From Sedimentisphaera cyanobacteriorum (GTDB taxonomy: Bacteria > Planctomycetota > Phycisphaerae > Sedimentisphaerales > Sedimentisphaeraceae): a stretch of 32,000 nt of DNA. The notes under the pieces are model-generated. The model saw only the letters and a program-made list of their open reading frames with translations, was not told the origin of the DNA and ran no database searches. This document shows, one piece after another, positions 17,101 to 25,025 of this stretch. A program made the translations under genes and the position numbers. Where the stretch lies: contig NZ_CP019633.1 of the NCBI RefSeq assembly GCF_001997385.1, positions 810,001 to 842,000 of the forward strand. The letters are read 5' to 3'. Positions within the stretch are counted from its first letter, which is position 1. Each line of letters starts with the position of its first letter.

Positions 17101-19239
17101 TTATTCTGTTGGATAAACGTTGTTATCAATGAGCCACTGGGCTGCAAATTCATCAAAATCAGAAAGGCTTACTTTGCAGTCGCCGTCGAAATCCATCTGC
17201 GGATCGGACTGGCAGACCGGCTCACCAGTCATATCAGCCATCATCTGCGCTATATCGCTTTCTGAGATTGGATAGTTGTATATAGACACCTCATCGAGTG
17301 TGCTGGCCATAAAGCTGAATTCCTGCGGAACTATTACGCCGCCTTCAAGCTCAAATCTTGCCCCCATGCTCACTGGTGAAGATGTTTCTGCGATAGAATC
17401 GCCCGGGAGACTGTCTTCAGATGCGAGTGTGCCGTCGATATACAGCTTCTTCTCGCCGTCATCAAATGATGCTGCAATCCAGTGCCACTGACCGTCAAAG
17501 ATGTTTCTCTCTGAAGGCGTGCCGTCTTCCTCGCCGCCTGTGCCTCGGGTTGTGAAGCAGATCTTACTGCCCTGATCGGCAGTGTTATACTTCCTTACCT
17601 GCCAGCCTTCGCTGCTTTCGCCGTTTCTTGCTACAAACGGGTTCCAGTCTGATGGTGTTGTAGATTTTGCCCAGAAGGTAACTGTCATATTGTAGTTGCA
17701 CTGATCGAAGTAATCCACTTCCTCTATATCGGTATAAAGGGCATTGTCCTCTCCGTTGAAAGTGATCGCTTCGCCGCTCCAGCCTGAAACAAAGTTCGGA
17801 TCTCCGAAAAGATAACTGCTTGGGCTTTCTGCTACTGCGCTTTGATAATCTCCGCCGTCGAAAGACCAGTGAGCGATTTTCTTCTGGATATAAAGCATAA
17901 TAGGATCGCTTGAGACCTCTGTACCGGAATCGTTGGCTACTTTGCAAACGTATTCAGTTTCATCGCCTGCCTGAACATTTGTAACTTCGAGCACAGAAGA
18001 TGTCTCGCCGGAGATTTCCTGAAGCTCGCCTGCTGCATCAGCTTTGTACCACTGATAAGTTTCCGGAGAAATAGAGCCGACTTCAACTTCCATTGATACT
18101 GTCTCGCCTATATCAGAAAGCACGTATTCAGTTTGCGATAGAATCTCAGGAATAGATTTCTTCGTTTGGAACTGCCATGTGAACCCTGTAGTTGTTTCTG
18201 CGCCTCGAACAGCATCAACGCGCCAGTTGTATGTTCTGTCCATATCGAGCGGCTCTGCCGGCGTGTAAGAATAAGACCCGGAAACCTCATCCCAGCCGCC
18301 TGCGGGCTTTGCGGTGGTATCAATAAGGAAAAGATTAGGATCGCCCTCTACAGTATTCATATAGAGCTGGTATTCATCAACAGTTTGATCAACATCAGTT
18401 ACATCGGGTTCTGCAAGAGCAAAATCCCAAGTTAGATCGGTATCAGCAAGTACGCCTGTCTCCCCGTTAGACGGCAGGGGATTGTGCGCTCTTGAAAGCT
18501 TTTGTTCAAAGGTGAATGTTTCCTCGAATGTTGTTGCAACAACAACATCATCCCAGTCTGCTGTTTCCATGCACGCTATCCTAATACCGGTAATCCAGTC
18601 TCCTTCTCTTGCTGAGGCATCCATAAACGCATCTGCTGTGTTGTCTGACGGGCTGTTGTAATAGTCCTCAGCATCGGGATTTACCCATACGCCTACATTC
18701 TCAGTTTCCATATCCCATACGCCAATAATGCGCACTGTTTCGTTGAGCTCAGCTTCAACGTCTGTCAAAGCCTGACCGCCGCCGTCTCCTTCTACGCTCA
18801 ATCCCCAGTATTTTACTCCTGCCTGCTGATAAGGCAGCCCGTATTTAACTTTTTCGCCTCCAGTGTCGGCCATGAAGCTGATTCCGCCCCAGTCGCTGTA
18901 GCCGGTGAGGGTAATAGTTGCTCCGGCGTATATAATTCCGCCGGCCTGCTGAGCGCCTGCCCAGATATCACCGCTGGACCAGTCTCTGTAGGCTCCGCCG
19001 CCGCTTCCGCCGAAAGCTGGGCTGCTGTACACGCCGCCGTTAATTACATCGCCTGTCAAAGTACCCCAGTCGGTTTTCCAAGTTGATTTTGTACCAGTTT
19101 GGGTTCTGTCCCAGCCGATACCTCCGTTCTGCCCTACCAGATTAGACCCGTCCGGATAATCGAAGCTTTCATACCCAACCAGCTCAGCGAAAGAAACGCT
19201 CGCCAAAATGATTAAAATAAATGCTGCTAACTGTCTCAT
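17101..19239 (-). CDS. Secreted non-catalytic multidomain protein: N-terminal jelly-roll module, Fn3-like domain, Ig (I-set-like) domain, LamG/concanavalin-like domain and C-terminal dockerin-like tag
   Basis: The track start at 19269 is a TTG. The ATG at 19239 (MRQLAAFILIILASVSFA) has GGAG 9 nt upstream. Ig-like: YQWYKADAAG...LEVTNVQAGDETEYVCKVANDSG. LamG-like: IAHWSFDGG...MTVTFWAK...GQWHWIAASFDDGEKKLYIDG. C-terminus: DFDGDCKVSLSDFDEFAAQWL. Confidence 0.75.
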   Translation of the reverse strand: MRQLAAFILIILASVSFAELVGYESFDYPDGSNLVGQNGGIGWDRTQTGTKSTWKTDWGTLTGDVINGGVYSSPAFGGSGGGAYRDWSSGDIWAGAQQAGGIIYAGATITLTGYSDWGGISFMADTGGEKVKYGLPYQQAGVKYWGLSVEGDGGGQALTDVEAELNETVRIIGVWDMETENVGVWVNPDAEDYYNSPSDNTADAFMDASAREGDWITGIRIACMETADWDDVVVATTFEETFTFEQKLSRAHNPLPSNGETGVLADTDLTWDFALAEPDVTDVDQTVDEYQLYMNTVEGDPNLFLIDTTAKPAGGWDEVSGSYSYTPAEPLDMDRTYNWRVDAVRGAETTTGFTWQFQTKKSIPEILSQTEYVLSDIGETVSMEVEVGSISPETYQWYKADAAGELQEISGETSSVLEVTNVQAGDETEYVCKVANDSGTEVSSDPIMLYIQKKIAHWSFDGGDYQSAVAESPSSYLFGDPNFVSGWSGEAITFNGEDNALYTDIEEVDYFDQCNYNMTVTFWAKSTTPSDWNPFVARNGESSEGWQVRKYNTADQGSKICFTTRGTGGEEDGTPSERNIFDGQWHWIAASFDDGEKKLYIDGTLASEDSLPGDSIAETSSPVSMGARFELEGGVIVPQEFSFMASTLDEVSIYNYPISESDIAQMMADMTGEPVCQSDPQMDFDGDCKVSLSDFDEFAAQWLIDNNVYPTE

Positions 19240-19318
19240 TTTTAAATTCTCCATTTGCCATGACAACAACCTTGCTTTACCACCCGCATGGCATCAGGGG
19301 CAAAGCTTAAATAATATG

Positions 19319-21661
19319 TTAATTACTTTCCGTTTCTATGTAATCAATGTTTATATCTCCGAAATCATCAGGGGCGTAGTAAATGCAAACCTGATTAATT
19401 CCTTTTTCAAGCTCTGCAGAAACCGAGCTAACTGCCCAGCTGTCCCAGTTTGGAAGAATTGGCAAATCAATCTTGCCGGCTGAATCGCCATTGATAATTA
19501 CAGTCCGCCTTGAGCTTTCATTAGCGGATGCATAATTAAGTTTGATATTGTAACTGCCGCTATGGACTGCTTTTACGTAAAAAGATACGCTATCGTAAAC
19601 TCCGGTAAACTGATCTACAAAACCTTCGCCTGAGAAGCCCGGGTGGTCGTTATCAACAGCTGTGTTAAATTTAATCGCGTCTTCCGCCTCATACCTGTAT
19701 CCCTGCGGGGTATTAAAATCCCTTTCAACCAAGATCATATCCCAGTATTTCAGCTCTTTCACAGTGAATGAGATAAAATCTCCAGTGCTGTCCCTGCCTT
19801 CGGTGAAACTCAGAGGATAAAAGCTGCCTCCGTTTCTATCCGGCGAGCCGCAGAAAACCTTTTTTGCCTCGGCGTTAGGCCCGAGCCTTAGCTTAACCGT
19901 GAAATCATTGACTGTATTTGGCGAAGCCGCCTGATTCCTCCATAAACTGTCATTCCCGAGAAGATTGACAAGATGAAAGATTTCGAAATCCTCATTCGCC
20001 CTGTTGAGAAACCATACCGTATTAGAAGAGGCATCGCCGGAAAGGCTTATCTCAGGTATATCTATCCACTGAAGCCCGCTGTCGCCTAATCTAAGCTCCG
20101 GGGAGAAAAGCAGCTTTTCGTTTGCGGTGATAAAGCTGTAATAGTCTTTGAGCTTATCTTTCAGCGAATCGGTCATAAGTTTTTCTCTGGAAGGAAAAAA
20201 TTCGTTTGCGAGCATAAAATCTCCGTCGCCAAGCTCAAGATGGAAAGCCCCGCATGCAAAAAATGCAGCATCGGCAAGAAGAACTGAATCTTCATCAAAA
20301 TAGCCGCCGGTATCTTCACCTTTATTCATATATGCAGGAAGCACTACTGCCTTCCCTCCGGATTCTTGTTTTGCGTAGCGAATAAAATCCCTTACCCCTC
20401 TGTAGGTATCATTAGCCCAAAGCTCGCTGTAAATCACATCCGTACTGCTTTGTTCTACAATCTCAGAGGATGCCCAGCTGCCTGCGCCTCCGTCAACAAT
20501 GTTAAAAATCACAGCGTCCCTGCCCTGCATATACGGGTACTCAGTTTCGAGCCAGTCCAGATGCATCTTGCTTCTGTTTACTATAGACCGCAAGCCGTCT
20601 GCAAGATTTACTTCTTCCCCCCAATAATCAAAGTAGCTGCCGCTGCCTATATTCCCGAGCTGGTCGATATGCAGTCCGTCCCACTGCAAAGCCTGCATTG
20701 CATCGGTAAACTCGCCGCAGAGATGGTTCTGCCAATCAAGATTGAACGGATTAAATACCCAGATTTTTGTTCCGGCATCATGGTAATACTGGTTTTGATG
20801 AGATTGATCAGAATAGAGTCCCCATTCAGGGCTCACCCCGCTTATCTGCTGATAGTCATCGAGTCCGCAGTAGGCCTGAAAATACGGCATAGCTGCCATA
20901 TTTCTATCGTGCGCCTCACTAATAGAATGAGCAAGAACAGAATAGGATATTTCTGCTCCTCGCCAGTCCTGCCACGGGTCTTTTATGCTTCCATCCTGAT
21001 TTCGCTGTATTACATTCTCATGCCTCCACATCCAGTCGTAATACTGAAGGGAGTTTATGTGATAATCTCTCGAGAGTGAATTCATAATTTCGATATTTCT
21101 TGAAGCCTTCTGTCCTTCGTAAAACTCTGTAACATACCCGTATCGCGGATACATCTTCCAGTCGCTGGAAACATCGATTGCAGATGTTTCGCTATCTGCA
21201 TTGTTCAAAAGAGCTTCAATCTGATAGCCCTGAAAATCATCAGGCGGGAGCTGAAATGAGAACGTTTTATTTGTATTGCCGAAAGAGGAAATCGAGATCG
21301 AATCAGAAGCTGAATAAACGGCGCCGGTGTTTTTAAGGACACGCAGTCTGAGAGTACCGCTGAAAGCATTTTCTGAAGGGTTTGCGCATTTGACTGTTAT
21401 ACAGCAGTTTGCATTCGGGCTGTACCTAGAACCGTCCGTATAAACCTTTTCTATAAAAGCATCAGACTGGTTCAAACCGGAAAGCCACTGAAAAGCCAAA
21501 TCTGAGATATCGAGGCTTTTATATCTGTCCTGCTGCTTGTTTGCAACAGCTGCGAAATCAGAAAGATCAACTTTGCCGTCGAGGTTGAAATCTGTTCTCA
21601 AACCCGCAAAGGACATAGTGCATATCAAACCGGCAAGGAATATTTTTATAAGATGTTTCAT
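19319..21661 (-). CDS. Exported GH66-like enzyme (dextranase / cycloisomaltooligosaccharide glucanotransferase family) with an N-terminal dockerin-like tag and a C-terminal CBM35/CBM6-like domain
   Basis: A signal peptide is followed by DFNLDGKVDLSDFAAVA. YPRYGYVTEF, INSLQYYDWMW, WDGLHIDQLG and DVIYSELW resemble, from my memory of streptococcal and Paenibacillus GH66 sequences, the FPRY, nucleophile (..D..G) and acid/base (..YNELW) regions. C-terminus: YEAEDAIKFNTAVDNDHPGFSGEGFVDQF...YNIKLNYA, which is CBM35/6-like. Confidence 0.65.
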   Translation of the reverse strand: MKHLIKIFLAGLICTMSFAGLRTDFNLDGKVDLSDFAAVANKQQDRYKSLDISDLAFQWLSGLNQSDAFIEKVYTDGSRYSPNANCCITVKCANPSENAFSGTLRLRVLKNTGAVYSASDSISISSFGNTNKTFSFQLPPDDFQGYQIEALLNNADSETSAIDVSSDWKMYPRYGYVTEFYEGQKASRNIEIMNSLSRDYHINSLQYYDWMWRHENVIQRNQDGSIKDPWQDWRGAEISYSVLAHSISEAHDRNMAAMPYFQAYCGLDDYQQISGVSPEWGLYSDQSHQNQYYHDAGTKIWVFNPFNLDWQNHLCGEFTDAMQALQWDGLHIDQLGNIGSGSYFDYWGEEVNLADGLRSIVNRSKMHLDWLETEYPYMQGRDAVIFNIVDGGAGSWASSEIVEQSSTDVIYSELWANDTYRGVRDFIRYAKQESGGKAVVLPAYMNKGEDTGGYFDEDSVLLADAAFFACGAFHLELGDGDFMLANEFFPSREKLMTDSLKDKLKDYYSFITANEKLLFSPELRLGDSGLQWIDIPEISLSGDASSNTVWFLNRANEDFEIFHLVNLLGNDSLWRNQAASPNTVNDFTVKLRLGPNAEAKKVFCGSPDRNGGSFYPLSFTEGRDSTGDFISFTVKELKYWDMILVERDFNTPQGYRYEAEDAIKFNTAVDNDHPGFSGEGFVDQFTGVYDSVSFYVKAVHSGSYNIKLNYASANESSRRTVIINGDSAGKIDLPILPNWDSWAVSSVSAELEKGINQVCIYYAPDDFGDINIDYIETESN

Positions 21662-21680
21662 TCGATTATTTTAGCCTAAA

Positions 21681-23363
21681 TTATCTGTCTGCATCAATCT
21701 TCAGCACCGGATTTCCCCAGAAGCTCCAGTCGAATCCCCAGCTGTCGTCTGCTTCGGTAACAGCAAGGGTTAGGAATCTGTTGTCATCTGCAAGATCAAT
21801 ATTTACATCTTCCAGAAGAGAATCGCTGGACAGCAGTTTCTGAAATCTAACTTCTCCATCAACAATAATATGCATTACAGCTCTAGAGGGAGATTTGGAG
21901 TATTTATTTACAGTGTCAGAAATGCCCGCCTGTGCAATGAAAGATTCAATTTTCATATCGCTGAGAGATTCTCTAATCGAGTTTAGGTCGAAAGTCATCC
22001 CTGTATTTGAATGCATTGTGATAGCGGGGTTGTCTTTTGTCCCGTAAGGTGTACCGTTTTTGCGCAGTCTGTGCCTTGGTACATCCGCTCCCTTATGGAA
22101 TGCGCCGTTGAATATGTATCCCCAGTATGACCCGCTGGTTTCAGGGATATCCTTGCTTAGAAGTCCCGTGGATGCAATCTGAACGCCCTGGCCTGCATTA
22201 TCAGCGCAGAATACTCCATCTATATATTCGTTCTTTGAAACCGATACATACGCATTCTGCCCGTTGCGTTCTCCTTCATAAGAGAGCCTTCCAAGCATAT
22301 CTCCGTCTGAGATTTCAATTCCGGTTTTCTCTGTTCCGCTGCCAAAGCCGTTTCCGCCTCCCACTATATCCGCAAGACAAAGCCCGCCGCCCCGCCAAAG
22401 CATACCGGAGCTTGAATCAATATCCCTTGTGAAGGCTGCAGGTTCGAATCCTGCCTTGCTTACCTGTCCGCTCAAACGCTCAACTTTTCCGGCCTGACCT
22501 ACAGACAGAAATAATTCGCTTAACTTTTCATTTATAGAGCTGAGGGCAGCTTTCCCCTCATAAACCTGAACTTTGGAATCACCGTATTTGTTCACTTGTA
22601 CACCAAACTCTGTTCCCAAATCTATAATCTCAGAGGAAGGAGTTTGAACAGTAAAGCCGACTGCCCTTTCGGGCACATAAGCACAAACTTTCCCGTAATC
22701 AAGTTCGAGAGTTTCCTGCGATGTGCACCTGAAAACTGCTGGAGACTCCACGACAATCTGCGAACCGCCTTCGAAAAGCAGCTCTAAATGACCTTTTTCG
22801 AGCTTGAAGTAATCATCTTTATCGTAAAAAACACCCCCCTCAGAAGGTTTTCTATACTCTTGCGACCATACAGCTTTGTATGAATCATTGACGAATGCGG
22901 TCTTGGTTTTAGTGAAGAAGGTCTCCAGCTTCACTGCCGCAAGAAGGAATAAAAGCGCAGCAGCAGAAGCAACTGCTACAAATACAGTTGGCTTGCTTAC
23001 TTTCCTTTTTGCAGGCTCTGAGGGGTATTCATAAACCGCCGGCGATTTTTGCTTTGTTTTAGGCTGATTCTTATGAGGGACAATCGGAGCATTTTTTATC
23101 TCTTCCTGAAGCTTTGAAACAGCGTCATCATCTAAAGCTGCCGGCATAAACTCATTTACAATTTCCTCATCATCGTATTCCCGAACCCTTGATTCAATGC
23201 ATACATAATCGCTTACAAGCTGCCAGTATTGCTTAACCGCAGCTGGATTGTCTTCGGTGAGCTCTCTGAGCTGCTCTTCAAGTTCCTGCTGCCGGGAGTC
23301 GTTGTTTTCGCCCTCGAGCATACGCAGTATATATTCTGTCAGTTTATGTTCGTGATTATTCAT
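21681..23363 (-). CDS. FecR-type transmembrane anti-sigma factor with a C-terminal NPCBM-like putative carbohydrate-binding domain
   Basis: The N-terminal helical region is followed by a single TM segment (VFVAVASAAALLFLLAAV). FecR-like: GGSQIVVESPAVF...FTVQTPSSEIIDLGTEFGVQV...VQVYEGKA. C-terminus: AITMHSNTGMTFDL...FIAQAGISD...HIIVDGEVRF...LTLAVTEADDSWGFDWSFWGNPVL. It starts 10 nt after the sigma gene. Confidence 0.8.
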   Translation of the reverse strand: MNNHEHKLTEYILRMLEGENNDSRQQELEEQLRELTEDNPAAVKQYWQLVSDYVCIESRVREYDDEEIVNEFMPAALDDDAVSKLQEEIKNAPIVPHKNQPKTKQKSPAVYEYPSEPAKRKVSKPTVFVAVASAAALLFLLAAVKLETFFTKTKTAFVNDSYKAVWSQEYRKPSEGGVFYDKDDYFKLEKGHLELLFEGGSQIVVESPAVFRCTSQETLELDYGKVCAYVPERAVGFTVQTPSSEIIDLGTEFGVQVNKYGDSKVQVYEGKAALSSINEKLSELFLSVGQAGKVERLSGQVSKAGFEPAAFTRDIDSSSGMLWRGGGLCLADIVGGGNGFGSGTEKTGIEISDGDMLGRLSYEGERNGQNAYVSVSKNEYIDGVFCADNAGQGVQIASTGLLSKDIPETSGSYWGYIFNGAFHKGADVPRHRLRKNGTPYGTKDNPAITMHSNTGMTFDLNSIRESLSDMKIESFIAQAGISDTVNKYSKSPSRAVMHIIVDGEVRFQKLLSSDSLLEDVNIDLADDNRFLTLAVTEADDSWGFDWSFWGNPVLKIDADR

Positions 23364-23373
23364 TTCCCTATCT

Positions 23374-23892
23374 TTATTCCTGTCTTAAAAGTTCTCTTTT
23401 AATACAGCTTCTCAGCAGTGCTACAATCCTTGCTAATGATTTGTAAATCCCGTTGCCGGATCTGCCGGTAATTTCTGAAATTTTCTTTACGCTGAATTCC
23501 TTCTTAAATCTCATAAGAAGAAGCTTCCTGTCGGAGGTATTAAGCTTTTTTATACACTTTTGAAGCAGTTCAATCCTTTCTGCCTGATTATCGTCGCTGT
23601 ATTGGGCGAGCTGAACCAAGGATTCGTAAAAGTTTTCGCCGAATACGGGGGCCCTTTTTCTGCTTCGCATATGCTCTTTCACTTTATTCTTGGCAATCCC
23701 AAGAGCCCAGCCAGCGAAATCATAAGAAGGGTCGTATTTATCAAAACTCTCCCAGAGTATCAGGCTTACTTCCTGCATAAGCTCGTCTGCGTCATTGCGG
23801 TTGTGCACAGATGCGAGCAGATAAGTATATAGCCTTAGCTGAACTCTGGAATAATGCTTAATAAAATCCGAATTTTCTTTTTTAATTTTCAT
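23374..23892 (-). CDS. ECF-type RNA polymerase sigma-70 family factor (Planctomycete/Verrucomicrobial subgroup-like)
   Basis: Region 2: DADELMQEVSLILWESFDKYDPSYDFAGWALGIAKNKV. Region 4: LNTSDRKLLLMRFKKEFSVKKISEITGRSGNGIYKSLARI. The track start at 23916 is a GTG; the first ATG is at 23892. The start is uncertain. Confidence 0.85.
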   Translation of the reverse strand: MKIKKENSDFIKHYSRVQLRLYTYLLASVHNRNDADELMQEVSLILWESFDKYDPSYDFAGWALGIAKNKVKEHMRSRKRAPVFGENFYESLVQLAQYSDDNQAERIELLQKCIKKLNTSDRKLLLMRFKKEFSVKKISEITGRSGNGIYKSLARIVALLRSCIKRELLRQE

Positions 23893-23940
23893 ATAAAATC
23901 CGCTCGAATTCTTCACCTATACTTGTATTTGCAGTTAAAA

Positions 23941-23949
23941 ATTGTAACA
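23941..23949 (-). promoter_or_regulatory. Candidate extended -10 element (TGTTACAAT) upstream of the ECF sigma gene
   Basis: The minus strand reads cTGTTACAATttttaact. The element lies 49 nt upstream of the ATG at 23892 and downstream of the terminator at 24020..24047. No convincing -35 element. Confidence 0.3.
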
Positions 23950-24019
23950 GAAAAATAAAAATTAAAGAAGATAATCATAAAATGGGTGACAAATCGGCTC
24001 TGCTGCCTTGTTTGAACTA

Positions 24020-24047
24020 AAAAAGGCGAAACCGTGAAGCTTCGCCT
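24020..24047 (-). terminator. Rho-independent terminator of the PEP-CTERM gene
   Basis: On the minus strand: GGCGAAGC-ttcac-GGTTTCGCC followed by TTTTTT, about 28 nt after the stop at 24075. Confidence 0.7.
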
Positions 24048-24074
24048 TGTGATCTCTGATACAATATCCTGCTG

Positions 24075-24803
24075 TTACTGCCTTCTTCTGAGAACCAGTG
24101 AGCCGATCCCAAGAAGCCCCAATGTGAGAGGCTCGGGTACCATTATTCCATTTCCCGCATCAGGCGCATAAATTACATCTTCCTGCGCATCATAAGTACT
24201 GCTGCCGACACCCCAGCCAGTCTCAACATAACCGTTGCTTTCTCTTGTCATCCATGCCCACATAGTTACTTCATCATCTACATCTGCCCCTATCAGATCA
24301 CGTGAAATGGCAAATTCATCAGCGTTGCTGCCATATGAAGCATAATGCCCGGTTCCGCCGTTCTCAACCCAGCCATCTTCGTCCCACGATGAAGAAGAGC
24401 TGTTCCAAGTTCTAGATTCATACCATACATAGCCGCCTGCATAGCAGAACATCTTATCCGGAAGATTATCACCCGTAAAATTGACCCTTTCGTAACCATC
24501 TAAGGAAGCCCCTGAGCCTGCTGAAGCGTCAACATCGAACGCAACGAAAAATGAATCATCGTCCCATCCTGTATCTCCAAGGGTACGTGATGTGCTGCTC
24601 CTGTCTAAGCCGAGATAAATATTATCAGAATCGAATGTTACTTTAAGGTCGTACGAGCCGCCGTCAGGGGCGTTTCTTGAACCCAAATTAAATATGTCGT
24701 CCCCCGTCCAGTCAGACATATCCGAATCAACATCAATGTATTTGGCTGAAGCCAAACCGGCCATCAACATAAAAACCAACGTTAACGCAATAAACCTGTA
24801 CAT
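24075..24803 (-). CDS. Secreted PEP-CTERM-anchored protein with a beta-sandwich (CBM9/DOMON-like?) body
   Basis: Signal peptide: MYRFIALTLVFMLMAGLASA. The C-terminal VPEPLTLGLLGIGSLVLRRRQ has the full PEP-CTERM layout (PEP motif, hydrophobic helix, basic tail). GAAAGG RBS. The fold assignment for the body is weak. Confidence 0.8.
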   Translation of the reverse strand: MYRFIALTLVFMLMAGLASAKYIDVDSDMSDWTGDDIFNLGSRNAPDGGSYDLKVTFDSDNIYLGLDRSSTSRTLGDTGWDDDSFFVAFDVDASAGSGASLDGYERVNFTGDNLPDKMFCYAGGYVWYESRTWNSSSSSWDEDGWVENGGTGHYASYGSNADEFAISRDLIGADVDDEVTMWAWMTRESNGYVETGWGVGSSTYDAQEDVIYAPDAGNGIMVPEPLTLGLLGIGSLVLRRRQ

Positions 24804-25025
24804 TTTAATAACCTTTCACAAATTAGATTCTTCTCAATACCGTCTAACATCCTGCTCTAAGCAAGCATATTAAATTTAGATGTATCATTTCTAATTGAAA
24901 ATTCAATAAAATTTTGTAAGCAAAAAAAAATATTTTTTCAAAAAAACATTGTTATAAATAGCGATAGGCGGTTGTCTACGTGTAAATTCGTATGTTTTGT
25001 TTTTCAGTAAAAGCTTATAAAAAAA

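Noticed and set aside
19240-19318. Alternative hairpins (GCTTTGCCC...GGGTGGTAAAGC and GCCATG...CATGGC) between the GH66-like and Ig/LamG genes, considered as an attenuator
   Set aside because: The stems are short or wobble-containing with long loops, and no U-tract follows. They cannot be distinguished from chance structure by eye.
20366-21079. 237-aa plus-strand ORF antisense to the GH66-like gene (similarly 15209..15769 antisense to GH31, 1677..2123 antisense to pfk, and 438..845 and 563..826 antisense to purE)
   Set aside because: Each lies entirely inside a well-supported gene on the other strand and has no motifs. This is typical of frame -1/-3 shadow ORFs in coding DNA.
23985-24018. 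ECF-like AAC...GTC promoter (gttcAAAC-N19-GTCacc) upstream of the sigma gene
   Set aside because: The spacer is about 19 nt, longer than the 16 to 17 nt typical of ECF promoters. The -35 part also abuts the terminator tail of the upstream gene. Support is insufficient.
24913-24941. TTGAAA-17 nt-TACAAA promoter-like match on the minus strand upstream of the PEP-CTERM gene
   Set aside because: It lies about 110 nt from the start codon in poly-A/T sequence, where such matches are expected by chance. I did not list it as a feature.
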